From: Raja brachyura
Taxonomy: Eukaryota
NCBI GenBank assembly: GCA_963514005.1
Contig: OY740790.1
Coordinates: forward strand, 44,268,001-44,332,000
DNA length: 64,000 nt
Reading direction: 5' to 3'
Shown here one piece after another: positions 13,119 to 23,889 of the stretch. The stretch's first letter is position 1. Each line of letters starts with the position of its first letter. Under the pieces are notes generated by a model. That model was not told the DNA's origin and made no database searches. It saw nothing but the letters and a program-made list of their open reading frames with translations. The position numbers and the translations under genes were made by a program.

Positions 13119-13734
13119 TTTCCCCCCTGGATGAGAGGTGTCACTATTATTTTAATTTGCTCATTTAAAAGCATCAGCATGTTTTAAATCTATGTCATGT
13201 CTGAATGCATTATTAATTTTCACTCATCCTTGGTCAACTGATGCAGTGTGACGCATGGACTCGTGTTCACGGCATGAAATCACAGAGCTTTGAAATCTTC
13301 ACGTAGTCACTCACGTGACTCCGAAGTAAAATAGTATGATTAAATGAGAATTTACCAGTTTGAAGTTTGATCTTTATTTTATGAGGAGTTACGATGAGGG
13401 ATTACTTGCCCTTCGCTCCCAACCCTCTCTCATAAAGGTCAGTTCTAGTTTCTCGAATCTTCCTATATTCAGTTCAACATCTCTTATCTGTGATTTCACA
13501 CCGCTGCTTTGAAGGTTGACGCGCATGTGGGCTGGTGGGCTTCTTCACGTAATCCCTCATCGTAACTCCTCATAAAATAAAGATCAAACATCAAACTGGT
13601 AAGTTCTCGTTTAATCTTACTATTATTTGACCAAACCTTTCATCACGGTTGGCTGAGAGGTTAGAATTAATCAGTGCCATGAAGTCCTTTGAGCAACTGA
13701 TCAAGCCATACATCAGGTCCAGACTTCCCAGACA

Positions 13735-13994
13735 GGGCAGTACAGTGGTGCAGCGATAGAACTGCTGTCTTACAGTGACAGGTTCAATCCTGACTACGGG
13801 TGCTGTCTGTATGGAGTTTGAACGTTCTCCTTGTGACTACGTGGGTTTTCTCCGAGGAGAGGAGAGAGACTGAGTGAAAGACATACAGGTTTGTAGGTTA
13901 ATTGGCGTTGGTAAAACAAATTGTAAATTGTCCCCAATGTGTAGAACAGTGCTAACATGGGGTGCAAGTTATTTTAAGCTAAACTAAAACTAAA
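13735..13994 (+). mobile_element. HE1-like SINE
   Basis: Similar to 6791-7087: TGGTGCAGCG, GTTCAATCC, same core and CTAAA tail. Confidence 0.82.
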
Positions 13995-14462
13995 CACCAT
14001 TGATCCACTGCAATCCACCTACTGCCACAACAGGTTCACAGCAGATGCTATCTCCCTCCTCACTTACTGCTGGAAATCTGGACAACAAGCACACCCAAAT
14101 CAGATTCCTATTTATTGACTACAGCTCCACCTTCAACACCATCATCCCCATCTAAACTTATCTCCAAACTCCTGGACCTAGGACTCAGTACTGCCCCTCT
14201 GTAACTGGATCCTTGAATTCCCGACCCACAGCCTGCAATTGGTAATAATAGGTGTCTAAACATCCTCCATGATGATTCGCAACACTGGTGGCCTGCGAGG
14301 GTGTGTTATCAGTCCATTACTACACAATCATGTGCGGCCAAGTTCTGCTCTAACTCTATTTGCAAGATTGCAGGTGACGCCACTGTCATAGGCGAGAACA
14401 TGATCTACGATGAGACAGGAATGTGATAGAGAGCTCAGTAAAACAATGTCAGGGAATCAACC

Positions 14463-16181
14463 ATTCCATTCCCCAGGCCCCTATCCTCTCATCTTCACCA
14501 TGGACGTCCAGTCACTATACACCTCCATCCCCCACCAGGATGGTCTCAAAGCCCTCCGGTACTTCCTCAACCAGAGGAGCAACCCATACCCATCCACTGA
14601 CGCCCTCCTCCGCCTAGCGGAGTTGGTCCTTACCCTCAACAACTTCTCTTTTGACTCTTCCCATTTCCTCCAAACACAAGGCGTAGCTATGGGCACACGC
14701 ATGGGCCCTAGCTACGCCTGCCTCTTTGTCGGGCACGTCGAACAATCTTTGTTTTTGGCGTACCAAGGCCCCACCCCCGACCTTTACCTTTGTTACATTG
14801 ACGACTGCTTTGCTGTCACCTCCTGCACCCACACACAACTGACTGACTTCATCCATTTCACCACCAACTTCCATCCGGCACTGAAATACACTTGGACCAT
14901 TTCCGACATTTCCCTACCATTCCTTGACCTCACCATCTCTATTGCAGGTGATACACTCCTGACCGACATCCACTACAAACCAACTGACTCCCACAGCTAC
15001 CTGGACTACTCTTCCTCCCACCCTGCTTCCTGTAAGGACTCCATCCCCTATTCCCAATTCCTCCCTCCCAGCCGCATCTGCTCCCAGGATGACCTGTTCC
15101 ACACCAGGTCATCACAAATGTCCTCGTTCTTCAGAGAACGGGGTTTCCCCTCCCCCACTATAGATAAGGCTCGCACCAGGATCTCCTCCATACCCCGCAA
15201 CACTGCCCTCTCTCCCCATTCCCCCACTCACAACAAGGGCAGAGTCCCCCTGGTCCTCACCTTTCACCCCACCAGCCGGCGCATACAACAAATAGTCCTC
15301 CGTCAGTTTCGCCACCTCCAACATGACCCCTCCACTCGCCACATCTTCCCATCTCCCCCCCGTCTGCCTTCCGCAAAGATCGCTCCCTCCGCAACTCCCT
15401 TGCCAATTCTTCCCTTCCCTCCCGCTCCACCCCTTCCCCGGGCACTTTCCCTTGCAACTGCAAGAGATGCTATACTTGTCCCTTCACCTCCCCCATCCAC
15501 TCCTTTCAGGGACCCAAGCAGTCATTCCAAGTCCGACAGAGGTTCACCTGCCCCTCCTCATCTACTGCATCTGTTGCTCCAAATGCCAGCTAATCTACAT
15601 CGGTGAGACCAAGCGGAGGCTGGGCGATCGTTTCGCTGAACACCTCCGCTCGGTCTGCAATAACCAACCCGACCTCCCAGTGGCTCAGCACTTCAACTCC
15701 CCCTCCCATTCCGTATCCGACCTCTCGGTCCTGGGCCTCCTCCACGGCCAGAGTGAGCAACACCGCAAGTTGGAGGAACAGCACCTCATATTCCGCTTGG
15801 GGAGTCTGCATCCTCTGGGCTTAAACATTGAATTTTCTCAATTCTGTTAACCCAGACTGCCTCCTCCTCCTCCCCACCTCTCCCTCAGCCCTTGGGCCCT
15901 GACATTCCTTCTCTATCTCCCCCCCCCACCCACTCAAGTCGCACTAGCTTCTCATTTTCACACTACAAACAGCTTACAATGGCCTGTTTCCTTTATCATC
16001 AATACTTTTTTGCATATCTTTCATTCATTGTTCTTTATCTCTCCACATCACTGTCTATATCTCTCGTTTCCCTGATCCCTGACCAGTCTGAAGAAGGGTC
16101 TCGACCCGAAACGTCGCCTATCTCCTTCACTCCTTAGATGCTGCTGCACCCGCTGAGTTTCTCCAGCTTTTTGTGTAACCC
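14463..16181 (+). mobile_element. 5'-truncated Penelope-like retroelement (RT + GIY-YIG, probably Neptune type) with 3' terminal repeat
   Basis: RT motifs MDVQSLYTSIPH, GVAMGTRMGPSYA, YIDD; Cys-rich linker; GIY-YIG LIYCICC..C.LIYIGETKRRL..RF.EH...GLN; exact 14-bp TSD TCAGGGAATCAACC at 14449-14462 and 16182-16195. Confidence 0.94.
16085..16118 (+). ncRNA. Minimal type I hammerhead ribozyme motif in the Penelope terminal repeat
   Basis: CTGAAGA (16088-16094), extra A, stem II GGGT-CTCG-ACCC, GAAA (16108-16111), palindromic ACGT stem III, GTC triplet ending at 16115. Stem I is only ~2 bp. Confidence 0.7.
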
Positions 16182-16732
16182 TCAGGGAATCAACCTCTCC
16201 CTCACTGTCAGCAAAACAAAAGAGCTAGTTATTGACTTCAGGAAATGGGATGGTGTACAAGGCCCAGTCAGCCTCAATGGTGCTGAAGTGGAAATGGTCG
16301 AGAGATTCAATTTCATAAGCATAAATATCACTAACAATTTGTTCTGGCACTACGGCCATTAATGCCTCTACTTCCTCAAAAGACTAAGGAAATTCAGCAT
16401 GTCTCCAATGACTCCTACCAATTACCATAGATGCACCATAGAAACCATTGTGTTGGGATTCATCGCTTCTTCGTTTGGCAACTGCTCTGCCCAAGATCAC
16501 AAAAAAAGCAGAGTTGTGGATGCAGCACGGTATGTCACACAAACCAGCCTCCCTCCATGGATTCCATCGGACGAAGTTATAGGAGCGTGAAAACTGTAAC
16601 GTCTAGGGTCAGGAGCAGCTTCTTCCCTACAACAATCAGGCTATTAAACACTACAACTTCCAAATAAGCTTGAACTACATAGACTTGGGGGCATCATTGT
16701 TGTCTTTGCACTATTATTGTTTTTGTATTGTA

Positions 16733-16839
16733 AGCCCACAACACCCTGGAATTGGTGGGGAGGTGGAATATTGCATTGGGGGACCAGCCCTCCTATGTGA
16801 AGCTGGGACCCAAAGGACCCATATATATATGCGTGTGTG

Positions 16840-16878
<39 letters not shown>

Positions 16879-17002
16879 GTGTGTGTGTGTATTATATATA
16901 TATAGGACTAAGTGAGACCCTTTGGGTCCTAGCTTCACATGGGAGGGCTGGTCCCCCAATGCAATATTCCACCTCTCCACCAATTCCAGGGTGTTGTGGG
17001 CT
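16733..17002. repeat. 84-bp inverted repeat around a (TA)n/(TG)n spacer
   Basis: 16733-16816 is the reverse complement of 16919-17002 with 3 mismatches; 102-bp microsatellite-rich spacer. Confidence 0.92.
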
Positions 17003-17128
17003 GAAGGGACTGGTTTCCAGAGGGTTAGTATGGACATTGTGGGCCGAATGGATTCTTGGGCTGGTGGCTCAGTCACTCAAGGCTGGTGGGCTGGCAGTTG
17101 ACTCACGGCTTTATCCTTGAAATTCCAT

Positions 17129-17478
17129 TTCAGGCAGGGTGCAAGGCCACCAAACTCAAGTGCAGTTTCATGCCGCTTCAGGCAATGTGCAAGGCCACCA
17201 AACGCAAGTGCAGTTTCATGCCATTTCAGGCAGGATGCAAGGCCACCAAACTCAAGTGCAGTTTCACGCCACTTCAGGCAGGGTGCGCGGCCACCAAACT
17301 CAAGTGCAGTTGCATGCCACTTCAGGCAGGGTGCAAGGCCACCAAACTCAAGTGCAGGTGCATGCCACTTCAGGCAGGGTGCGAGGCCACCAAACTCAAG
17401 TGCAGGTGCATGCCACTTCAGGCAGGGTGCAAGGCCACCAAACTCAAGTGCAGTTGCACACCATTTCAAGTAAGGTGC
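17129..17478. repeat. 48-bp minisatellite, ~7 copies
   Basis: Unit TTCAGGCAGGGTGCAAGGCCACCAAACTCAAGTGCAGTTTCATGCCAC starting at 17129, 17177, 17225 and onward. Confidence 0.95.
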
Positions 17479-17483
17479 ACACC

Positions 17484-17872
17484 ACATTTTCAAACCAACC
17501 ACATTGTTAAAGCAACCACATTTACAAAGCAACCACCATTTTCATTTTCAAAGCACCCACACTTTCAAAACAACCACCATTTTCATTTTCAAAGCAACCA
17601 TCATTTTTATTTTCAAAGCAACCACTATTTTCATTTTCAATGAGCCAAAACAGCTTTTGCATTTTCAATAAGCCAAAAACAGCCTTTTTCATTTTCAAAC
17701 CAATAAACACTTTTGCATTTTCAAACCAAAAAACACTTTTGCAGTTTCAAACCAAAAAACTCTTTCGCATTTTCAAACCAAAAAACACTTTTGCATTTTC
17801 AAACCAAAAACAGCTTCTGTATTTTCAAACCAAAAAACACTTTAACATTTTCAAACTACATTTTCAAACCAC
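17484..17872. repeat. Degenerate ~22-27-bp minisatellite
   Basis: Repeated CATTTTCAAA(G/C)CAA... units drifting from a CAACCACCATTTT form to a CCAAAAAACACTTTTG form. Confidence 0.85.
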
Positions 17873-18276
17873 ATTAAGGGCACTGACAGGTCAGTAAAAC
17901 CATTCACAGTTTAGTAGACATGTGTTCAGTGTTATTCACAGCTCAGACTGAGAGTTGTGACCTCTCGCTCCCCCATCTTGCAGAGAACTGAGGCATCTCC
18001 ACACTTCTGGGTTTTAAAGTCCCTCCCCCTCCCACCAGAATCACGCCTTCATGGCATGATTGACAGGAGAGAGAATCTCAACATTTTATAAACATTAATA
18101 AGTCTTATTTTCGTCGATGGGAAAAATCCTCTTGTCCTGCGCAGCGGAGGGGGACTCTGAAGAAGATGGCCAAAAATCATAGCCGTAAGTGATAGCATTT
18201 TTTCAAAAATCAATATGCAGTGCAAACTGGAAGTGGTCAATATCAGAGTTTTAATTATATAATTTATATGTTTAAT

Positions 18277-18282
<6 letters not shown>

Positions 18283-18354
<72 letters not shown>
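18283..18354. repeat. (TG)n microsatellite
   Basis: Uninterrupted TG run. Confidence 0.97.
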
Positions 18355-18355
<1 letters not shown>

Positions 18356-19211
18356 CACACAAATATTTATAAGTATCTGTTGTGTTGTTGTTTAGATATC
18401 TTTTGTGCTCCCGCAATAAATAATTTTATTGTTTTGTTTTCAGGACATATGGCAATAAAGCGCTCTTGATGCTTGACTTGACTGTTGAGTTTGTCCGGTG
18501 CCTGCAAGCAGAGGCCATGCATGTAAAGCATCGCCGGCCAGATGGGCACAACCTACAGCTTTTATCATGCTCATGGACCTGGCACAGGTACTCTTTGAGA
18601 TTGTGAGAGGGAGAGCAGGGCCTGAGGGTAGAGCTGGCAGACATGCCCCAGCCTCAGTCTTGTCTAACTGCATGATCTTCAAATAGATCAGCTGCTGTTG
18701 ACTTGTGGAACTGCGGATAGACATGGCCACCGTGATCACCATGGACAGGCTGTTGCTGTGGTTACAATACTTTGCTCAACCCATTGAGGCGGTCTCTTCC
18801 TCAACTCTGGATAATAGTCAGTGAAGTGTGTATAAACACTTGCTTTCTGAAGTAATATTTGATCAAGGGTGCCATCTTGTGGAAGAAATCAGTTCCTTCC
18901 TGAACAGCTCACTGGAGGTCAGCATTGTATTGTTGAAGTCAAACCTGTATTTTGTAAGGTGGTATGCACAGTTAGCAGCACCAAAAATATCCAAAGATGC
19001 AATTATTTTTCAGGATCTCATTTTTATTTTAATCAACATTTTGATAGACTAATTGTACATTCAGAAATAGTCTATTTTGGATCTGATAAAATACAATGTA
19101 TGTAAAATACCTATAAATACTCTTACTGATCTCTTGTCAAACTGTTCTTGGGGAAAATAAATTGAACAACAGCAACAACATTGTGTGAATAAATGAGTAA
19201 ATGTGGTTAAC

Positions 19212-19876
19212 CAGATGAGAGTAGGAGTAAACGGGTCGTTTTCAGAATGGCAGGCAGTGACTAGTGCGGTACCGCAAGGCTCAGTGCTGGGACCGAGCTA
19301 TTTACAATATATATTAATTATCTGGATGAGGGAATTGAATGCAACATCTCCAAGTTTGCGGATGACACGAAGCTGGGAGGCAGTGTTAGCTGTGAGGAGA
19401 ATGCTAGGAGGCTGCAAGGTGACTTGGATAGGTTGGGGGAGTGGGCAAATGCATGGCAGATGCAGTATAATGTGGATAAATGTGAGGTTATACACTTTGG
19501 CGGCAAAAACAGGAAGGTAGACTATTATCTGAACGGTGGCCGATTAGGAAAGGGGGAGATGCAACGAGACCTGGGTGTCATGGGACACCAGTCATTGAAA
19601 GCAGGCATGCAGGTGCAGCAGGCAGTGAAGAAAGCGAATGGTATGTTAGCATTCATAGCGAAAGGATTTGAGTATAGGAGCAGGGAGGTTCTACTGCAGT
19701 TGTACAGGGTCTTGGTGAGGCCACACCTGGAGTATTGCGTACAGTTTTGGTCTCCTAATCTGAGACATTCTTGCCATAGAGGGAGTACAGAGAAGGTTCA
19801 CCAGACTGATTCCTGGGATGTCAGGACTTCCATATGAAGAAAGACTGGATAGACTTGGCTTGTACTCGCTGGAATG
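19212..19876 (+). mobile_element. CR1 LINE RT fragment
   Basis: VPQGSVLGP, KFADDTKLG, WQMQYNVDKCEVIHFG, LVRPHLEYCVQFWSP; same family as 1-663; ends abruptly at the GA tract. Confidence 0.92.
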
Positions 19877-19879
19877 ATC

Positions 19880-20659
19880 GGGGAGAGGAGGGGGAGGGGA
19901 GGGGGGAGGGGAGAGGAGGGGGAGGAGAGAGGAGGGGGAGGTGAGAGGAGGGGGAGGAGAGAGGGGGGGAGGAGAGAGGGGGGGCGGAGAGAGGAGGGGG
20001 AGGAGAGAGGAGGGGGAGGAGAGAGGAGGGGGAGGAGAGAGGAGGGGGAGGAGAGAGGAGCGGGAGGAGAGGGGGGGGAGGAGAGGGGGGGGAGGAGGGG
20101 GGGGGAGGAGAGGGGGGGAGGAGAGGGGGGGAGGAGAGGGGGGGGAGGAGAGGGGGGGAGGAGAGAGGGGGGGAGGAGAGAGGGGGGAGGAGAGAGGGGG
20201 GGAGGAGAGAGGGGGGGAGGAGAGGGGGGGAGGAGAGAGGGGGGGAGAAGAGAGGGGGGGAGGAGAGAGGGGGGGAGGAGAGAGGGGGGGAGGAGAGAGG
20301 GGGGAGGAGAGAGGGGGGGAGGAGAAGGGGGGGAGGAGAGGGGGGGAGGAGAGGGGGGAGGAGAGGGGGGGGAGGAGAGGGGGGGAGGAGAGGGGGGGAG
20401 GAGAGGGGGGGAGGAGAGGGGGGGGAGGAGAGGGGGGAGGAGAGGGGGGAGGAGAGGGGGAGGAGAGGGGGGAGGAGAGGGGGGAGGAGAGGGGGGAGGA
20501 GAGGGGGGAGGAGAGGGGGGAGGAGAGGGGGGAGGAGAGGGGGGGAAGAGAGAGGGGGGGAGGAGACAGGAAGGGGGAGGAGACAGAAAGGGGAGGAGGA
20601 GAGAGGACCGGGAGAGGGGGGGAGAGGGGGGGAGAGGGGGGGAGGAGGGGGAGGAGAGA
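19880..20659. repeat. ~780-bp G/A-only low-complexity tract
   Basis: Almost pure purine strand built of GGAGAG(A)G(n) units. Confidence 0.97.
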
Positions 20660-22514
20660 CACACACATTAGAGGCAAGCAGAATAACGTGTAAATTAATT
20701 CCTTCTTTTAGCATTATCAACGTCATTGTAAAGCTATGATACAGCAGGGATGATGCATCAATTAATTAGCCTACAGTAGTCTAGAGGGGATGTACAGACA
20801 ACAATATTCATTTTAAGGCAGTCTGTTTTATAAAGTACAGGGTGTGGAATATATTGGATGTTACTGAGTTGACATCAACATGCAATCCTACCAGCAATCA
20901 GCTCCATTAAATCAGCGTGAGATCAGTGGCTTCTCAACCTGGCAACAGAATTGAACATTTTCATCATCTTAATGGGAAAAAAAAATTGTCTATTTGGACT
21001 TTGGTTTTAGTCAAATTTGCTGTCTTGAGCAATAAGCTGCCGTAAAAAACCCACTCGTCCCATAGCCAGACGTCAAAGAAGATGACATTTTGTTGCAAAA
21101 AAGGAAAGAGATTATAATCACAAACTAGTCATCGGGCAATAAATGCCTCGGTGAAAAATTACTGAAGAACTCCAATAAAACGTGTACACCAAACTGCACA
21201 GCTTAGATTTTTGAAGTACAGGCAGTAGAATAATGTGCCAGCTGCTATTTTTAAGTTAGAAATATGTTAGCACTTGGGTCATATGCCCCAACATCAGGTA
21301 AATTAAATTATTTTTTTAATATGGTCATATAGCGTGGAAAAAGGCCCTTCGGCCCAACTTCCCCACACCGACCAACATGTCCGCCCCATCTGCCCTAGTC
21401 CCACCTGCCTGCGTTCGGCCTATATCTCTCTCAAGCAATCCTATCCAAGTTCATGTCTAAATGTTTCTTAAATGTTGCGATAGTACCTGCATAATAGTTG
21501 GGATTTTGATCATTTTGACAAGTGTTGATTGAGGTTATGGTGGCATTGCTGCTTCTGAATCAAATATCTCGAAAAAGTAACATTGAACATAGAAAGATAC
21601 AGCACGGGAACATGTCCTTTAGCACTGTCTGTGCTAAACATGATGCCAACATAAACTAATCTCATTTGCCTGCATACAATCCATACCCCTACATTCCCTG
21701 CATGTCCATGTACCATGTGCCAGCGCCCATACAAACACCATAACAGGATCCTGCACGGGTACCTGTTTCAGGCTGAACCTGAGGGTTTCAACCTCAGCAT
21801 TCGCCCCCCTCTTCCCTTTGGGATTGCAATTTAAGGCAAGTTGTAGTTACTGTTCCAGTGTAATTCAGGTACTCCCAAGAGTGCTCAGCTTCTTACTGCC
21901 GTTCTCAATGTTGCTCATCTCTGCACCTGCTTCAGTTTAGCTCCAGTTGAAGCCTTGATGCTTTGGTGTTATTTGGTAACATTCCTGCCTCTGAGTCACA
22001 AGGTGGTGGATTCAAGTGTTGTAAGATACTCTGGTGCAGCAGAGAGAAAGAGAAGAGAGAGAGACTCAAAACCAAGAATGCTAACCACTGAACTGCAGAT
22101 AACAGTAATTGAATATAAGGAGTGACCTTAGTAATCAGAATAGCCATGACAATTCCCAGGCCTTCTGGTTTACATGTTTCCAGAAGACAGAATGGCCTTG
22201 AATTTTAGCTGGGCCTCATTGTTTTATTCCATCTCTGCTACGAAGATCTTATGTGGTGGGTAGTGAGTGGAAGGAGGGTGGCTCCTTGTTCTTGTCAAAG
22301 CTGTAAATGTGATTTGACAGAAATAACCGATAGTCATTTAAAATATATTACAGAGTGCATTTGGTATTGTGTTACAGGGTGCTTAGCTTTAAGCTTGCTA
22401 CTATGTTAAGTGTCTTGGATCAAATGCTCTTTGGGTAGTGGCCAGTTTTTGTAGAGACTTGCCAAACCAATCTGGGGAGGCAAAGGTGAGACAATGGAAA
22501 TAACGATAACCTAA

Positions 22515-22702
22515 CAACGGGAAACACTGGATATACTCAGCAGGTCAGGCAGCATCTGTGGAGGGAATAATCAAGGTTATGTTCCAGGATAATTACCTTC
22601 TGATGAAAGCTCAAATGATCTGAAGAGTTAGCTCTGTTTTTCTCTCTCTGCAGATGCTGCCTAATTGGCTAACTATCTCCAGCATTGTCAGTTTTTATTT
22701 CA
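22515..22702. mobile_element. Old fold-back Penelope-terminal-repeat derivative
   Basis: CTGGA.ATACTCAGCAGGTCAGGCAGCATCTG arm and inverted CAGATGCTGCCT...CTCCAG arm around a decayed CTGATGA core near 22600. Confidence 0.65.
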
Positions 22703-22852
22703 AACTAGAGCCCCTTGTGGAAGAGATGATCATTTTGTATTGAGCTCCTGAGCTCAAAGTCTGTCTAGTTTCTCACTCACACTAAAGAACTCAGGGACTA
22801 CACCACACCAAAGTACGTTACTTTCTAGTTGAAATTGTAAATTTGTTTAAAA

Positions 22853-23889
22853 AGTAGCAATGTTACAAAATTCTGAGATTTAAAAAATCAAGTCTGCAAT
22901 TTATCCCATCAGATAAAGCATAAAAATAAGTTTAATTTGACACCAAATTCACTTTCATATCTTCAGTATTAAGAAAGTTATGACCATTTTCATACTCGGA
23001 AATTAGCATCTTGTTCCCCATTGCCTTAACTCAAAAGCTGTGATCTAGAACTGTTAAAAGCCCATAACTTACTTAAAAATTAAGAGAACTCAATGAAATT
23101 TTCAGTTATTGTGGATTGAAGCATTCTGAAACATATTTGTTTCATATTTGAAACAATCTTACTTGGATGACCTGAAATTAAAGCATATAATTAGTTAGTT
23201 ATCTAATTGTAGCTAATTATAAAATTCAATGAGTAGATCTAAACATCTATCCATTTCTTAAGAAAAGATAAACATTTTTTAAATTGCCTAAGTGTCCAAA
23301 TAACATTCACACAATAATCCACAATATAACATAATTTTTAAATCTCATTTTCATGAATTTCTGGGCCAAATGGAAGGAATTTAGTGTTTACTGCCTGGAA
23401 ATTAATGGCCATTTAAATCAACTAGCGAGTGGGTTTTAGCGGAATGCGGTGGATTGGAACGTTGCGGTTTGCGGTGAAGTCGGGAGGAAAAATACTGTTG
23501 GTTCATACTTTTTGTTTGGACCCCATTTCGCAACATGAAAATATGATTAAAGCCTCCATAAAAAACAACTTTTAATATAAAAATAAACTGTGTACCTTTT
23601 TTTCTCCCCTACGCAAAATCCTTCCCGTTGTCGGCGCTCACGGCTTTTGAAGGTGATTTTTAAATTACTCTAGTTAATAAATAATCTAGCGTAATTTAAA
23701 AATACCTTCATGAATGAAATGTCAGAGCGATTTTTCTTCCGCAACGAAATCGCCCGACATGGATTGATTTGCCCAGTCTGTAGAAAAACGGCACTTTAAG
23801 CCCGCCACCCTCTGAAAGGCGCCAAAGTCACGCACACGGGGAGCGGCAGAACTGCAGCGCTGCTCAAGGTAAGTTTTGTAACATACCTA
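22853..23889. mobile_element. Non-autonomous DNA transposon with short imperfect TIRs
   Basis: Left TAGCAATGTTACAAAA versus right TTTTGTAACATACCTA; no ORF; GC/CpG-richer right half. Superfamily not established. Confidence 0.6.

Larger units (their letters stand above)
8456..13624 (+). mobile_element. DIRS1-type tyrosine-recombinase retrotransposon, structurally complete, coding regions disrupted
   Basis: Left ITR 8456-8516; right ITR from ~13516 plus right extension to 13624; internal complementary region 13296-13405; gag-like, RT, RNase H, methyltransferase-like and YR coding segments in DIRS order; no target-site duplication. Confidence 0.95.
13660..16730 (+). mobile_element. Degraded Rex1/Babar-type LINE interrupted by a SINE and a Penelope element
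   Basis: Segments ~13660-13734, 13995-14462 and 16182-16730 translate to DPLQ, LFIDYSSTFNTIIP, LCNWIL, NLSLTVSKTKELVIDFRK and SFFPTTIRLLN, motifs typical of Rex1 ORFs. Confidence 0.8.
16903..18262 (-). mobile_element. Non-autonomous Helitron-like element carrying minisatellites
   Basis: Left end GACTAAGTGAGACCCTTTGGGTCC resembles the hairpin/CTAG end at 54725-54752; right end GAGTTTTAATTATAT resembles 55947-55964. Exact TC and CTAG termini are eroded. Confidence 0.6.

Noticed and set aside
14410-14462. N-terminus of the 398-aa RT ORF as a true start or fusion
   Set aside because: It lies in flanking Rex1 sequence and the TSD; the in-frame join with the truncated Penelope RT is coincidental.
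17129-17478. Regular repeats resembling a CRISPR array
   Set aside because: Units are head-to-tail with no unique spacers, there are no cas genes, and the context is vertebrate; it is a minisatellite.
17056-17643. Cys/Lys-rich 195-aa ORF resembling a metallothionein or keratin-associated protein
   Set aside because: Product of a 48-bp stop-poor repeat open in several frames on both strands; no gene context.
18367-18810. Cluster of short ORFs including a minus-strand TRLRLGH motif
   Set aside because: Probably an old non-LTR retroelement remnant, but the frames are broken and the clade cannot be assigned; no splice structure supports an exon.
19691-20726. Long Pro/Ser/Leu- and Gly/Glu/Arg-rich ORFs
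   Set aside because: Artefacts of a G/A-only tract that cannot contain stop codons.
21975-22030. Short match to a DeuSINE/SacSINE-like tRNA head (GCCTCTGAGTCACAAGGTGGTGGATTCAAG)
   Set aside because: Too short and degraded, with no recognisable body downstream.
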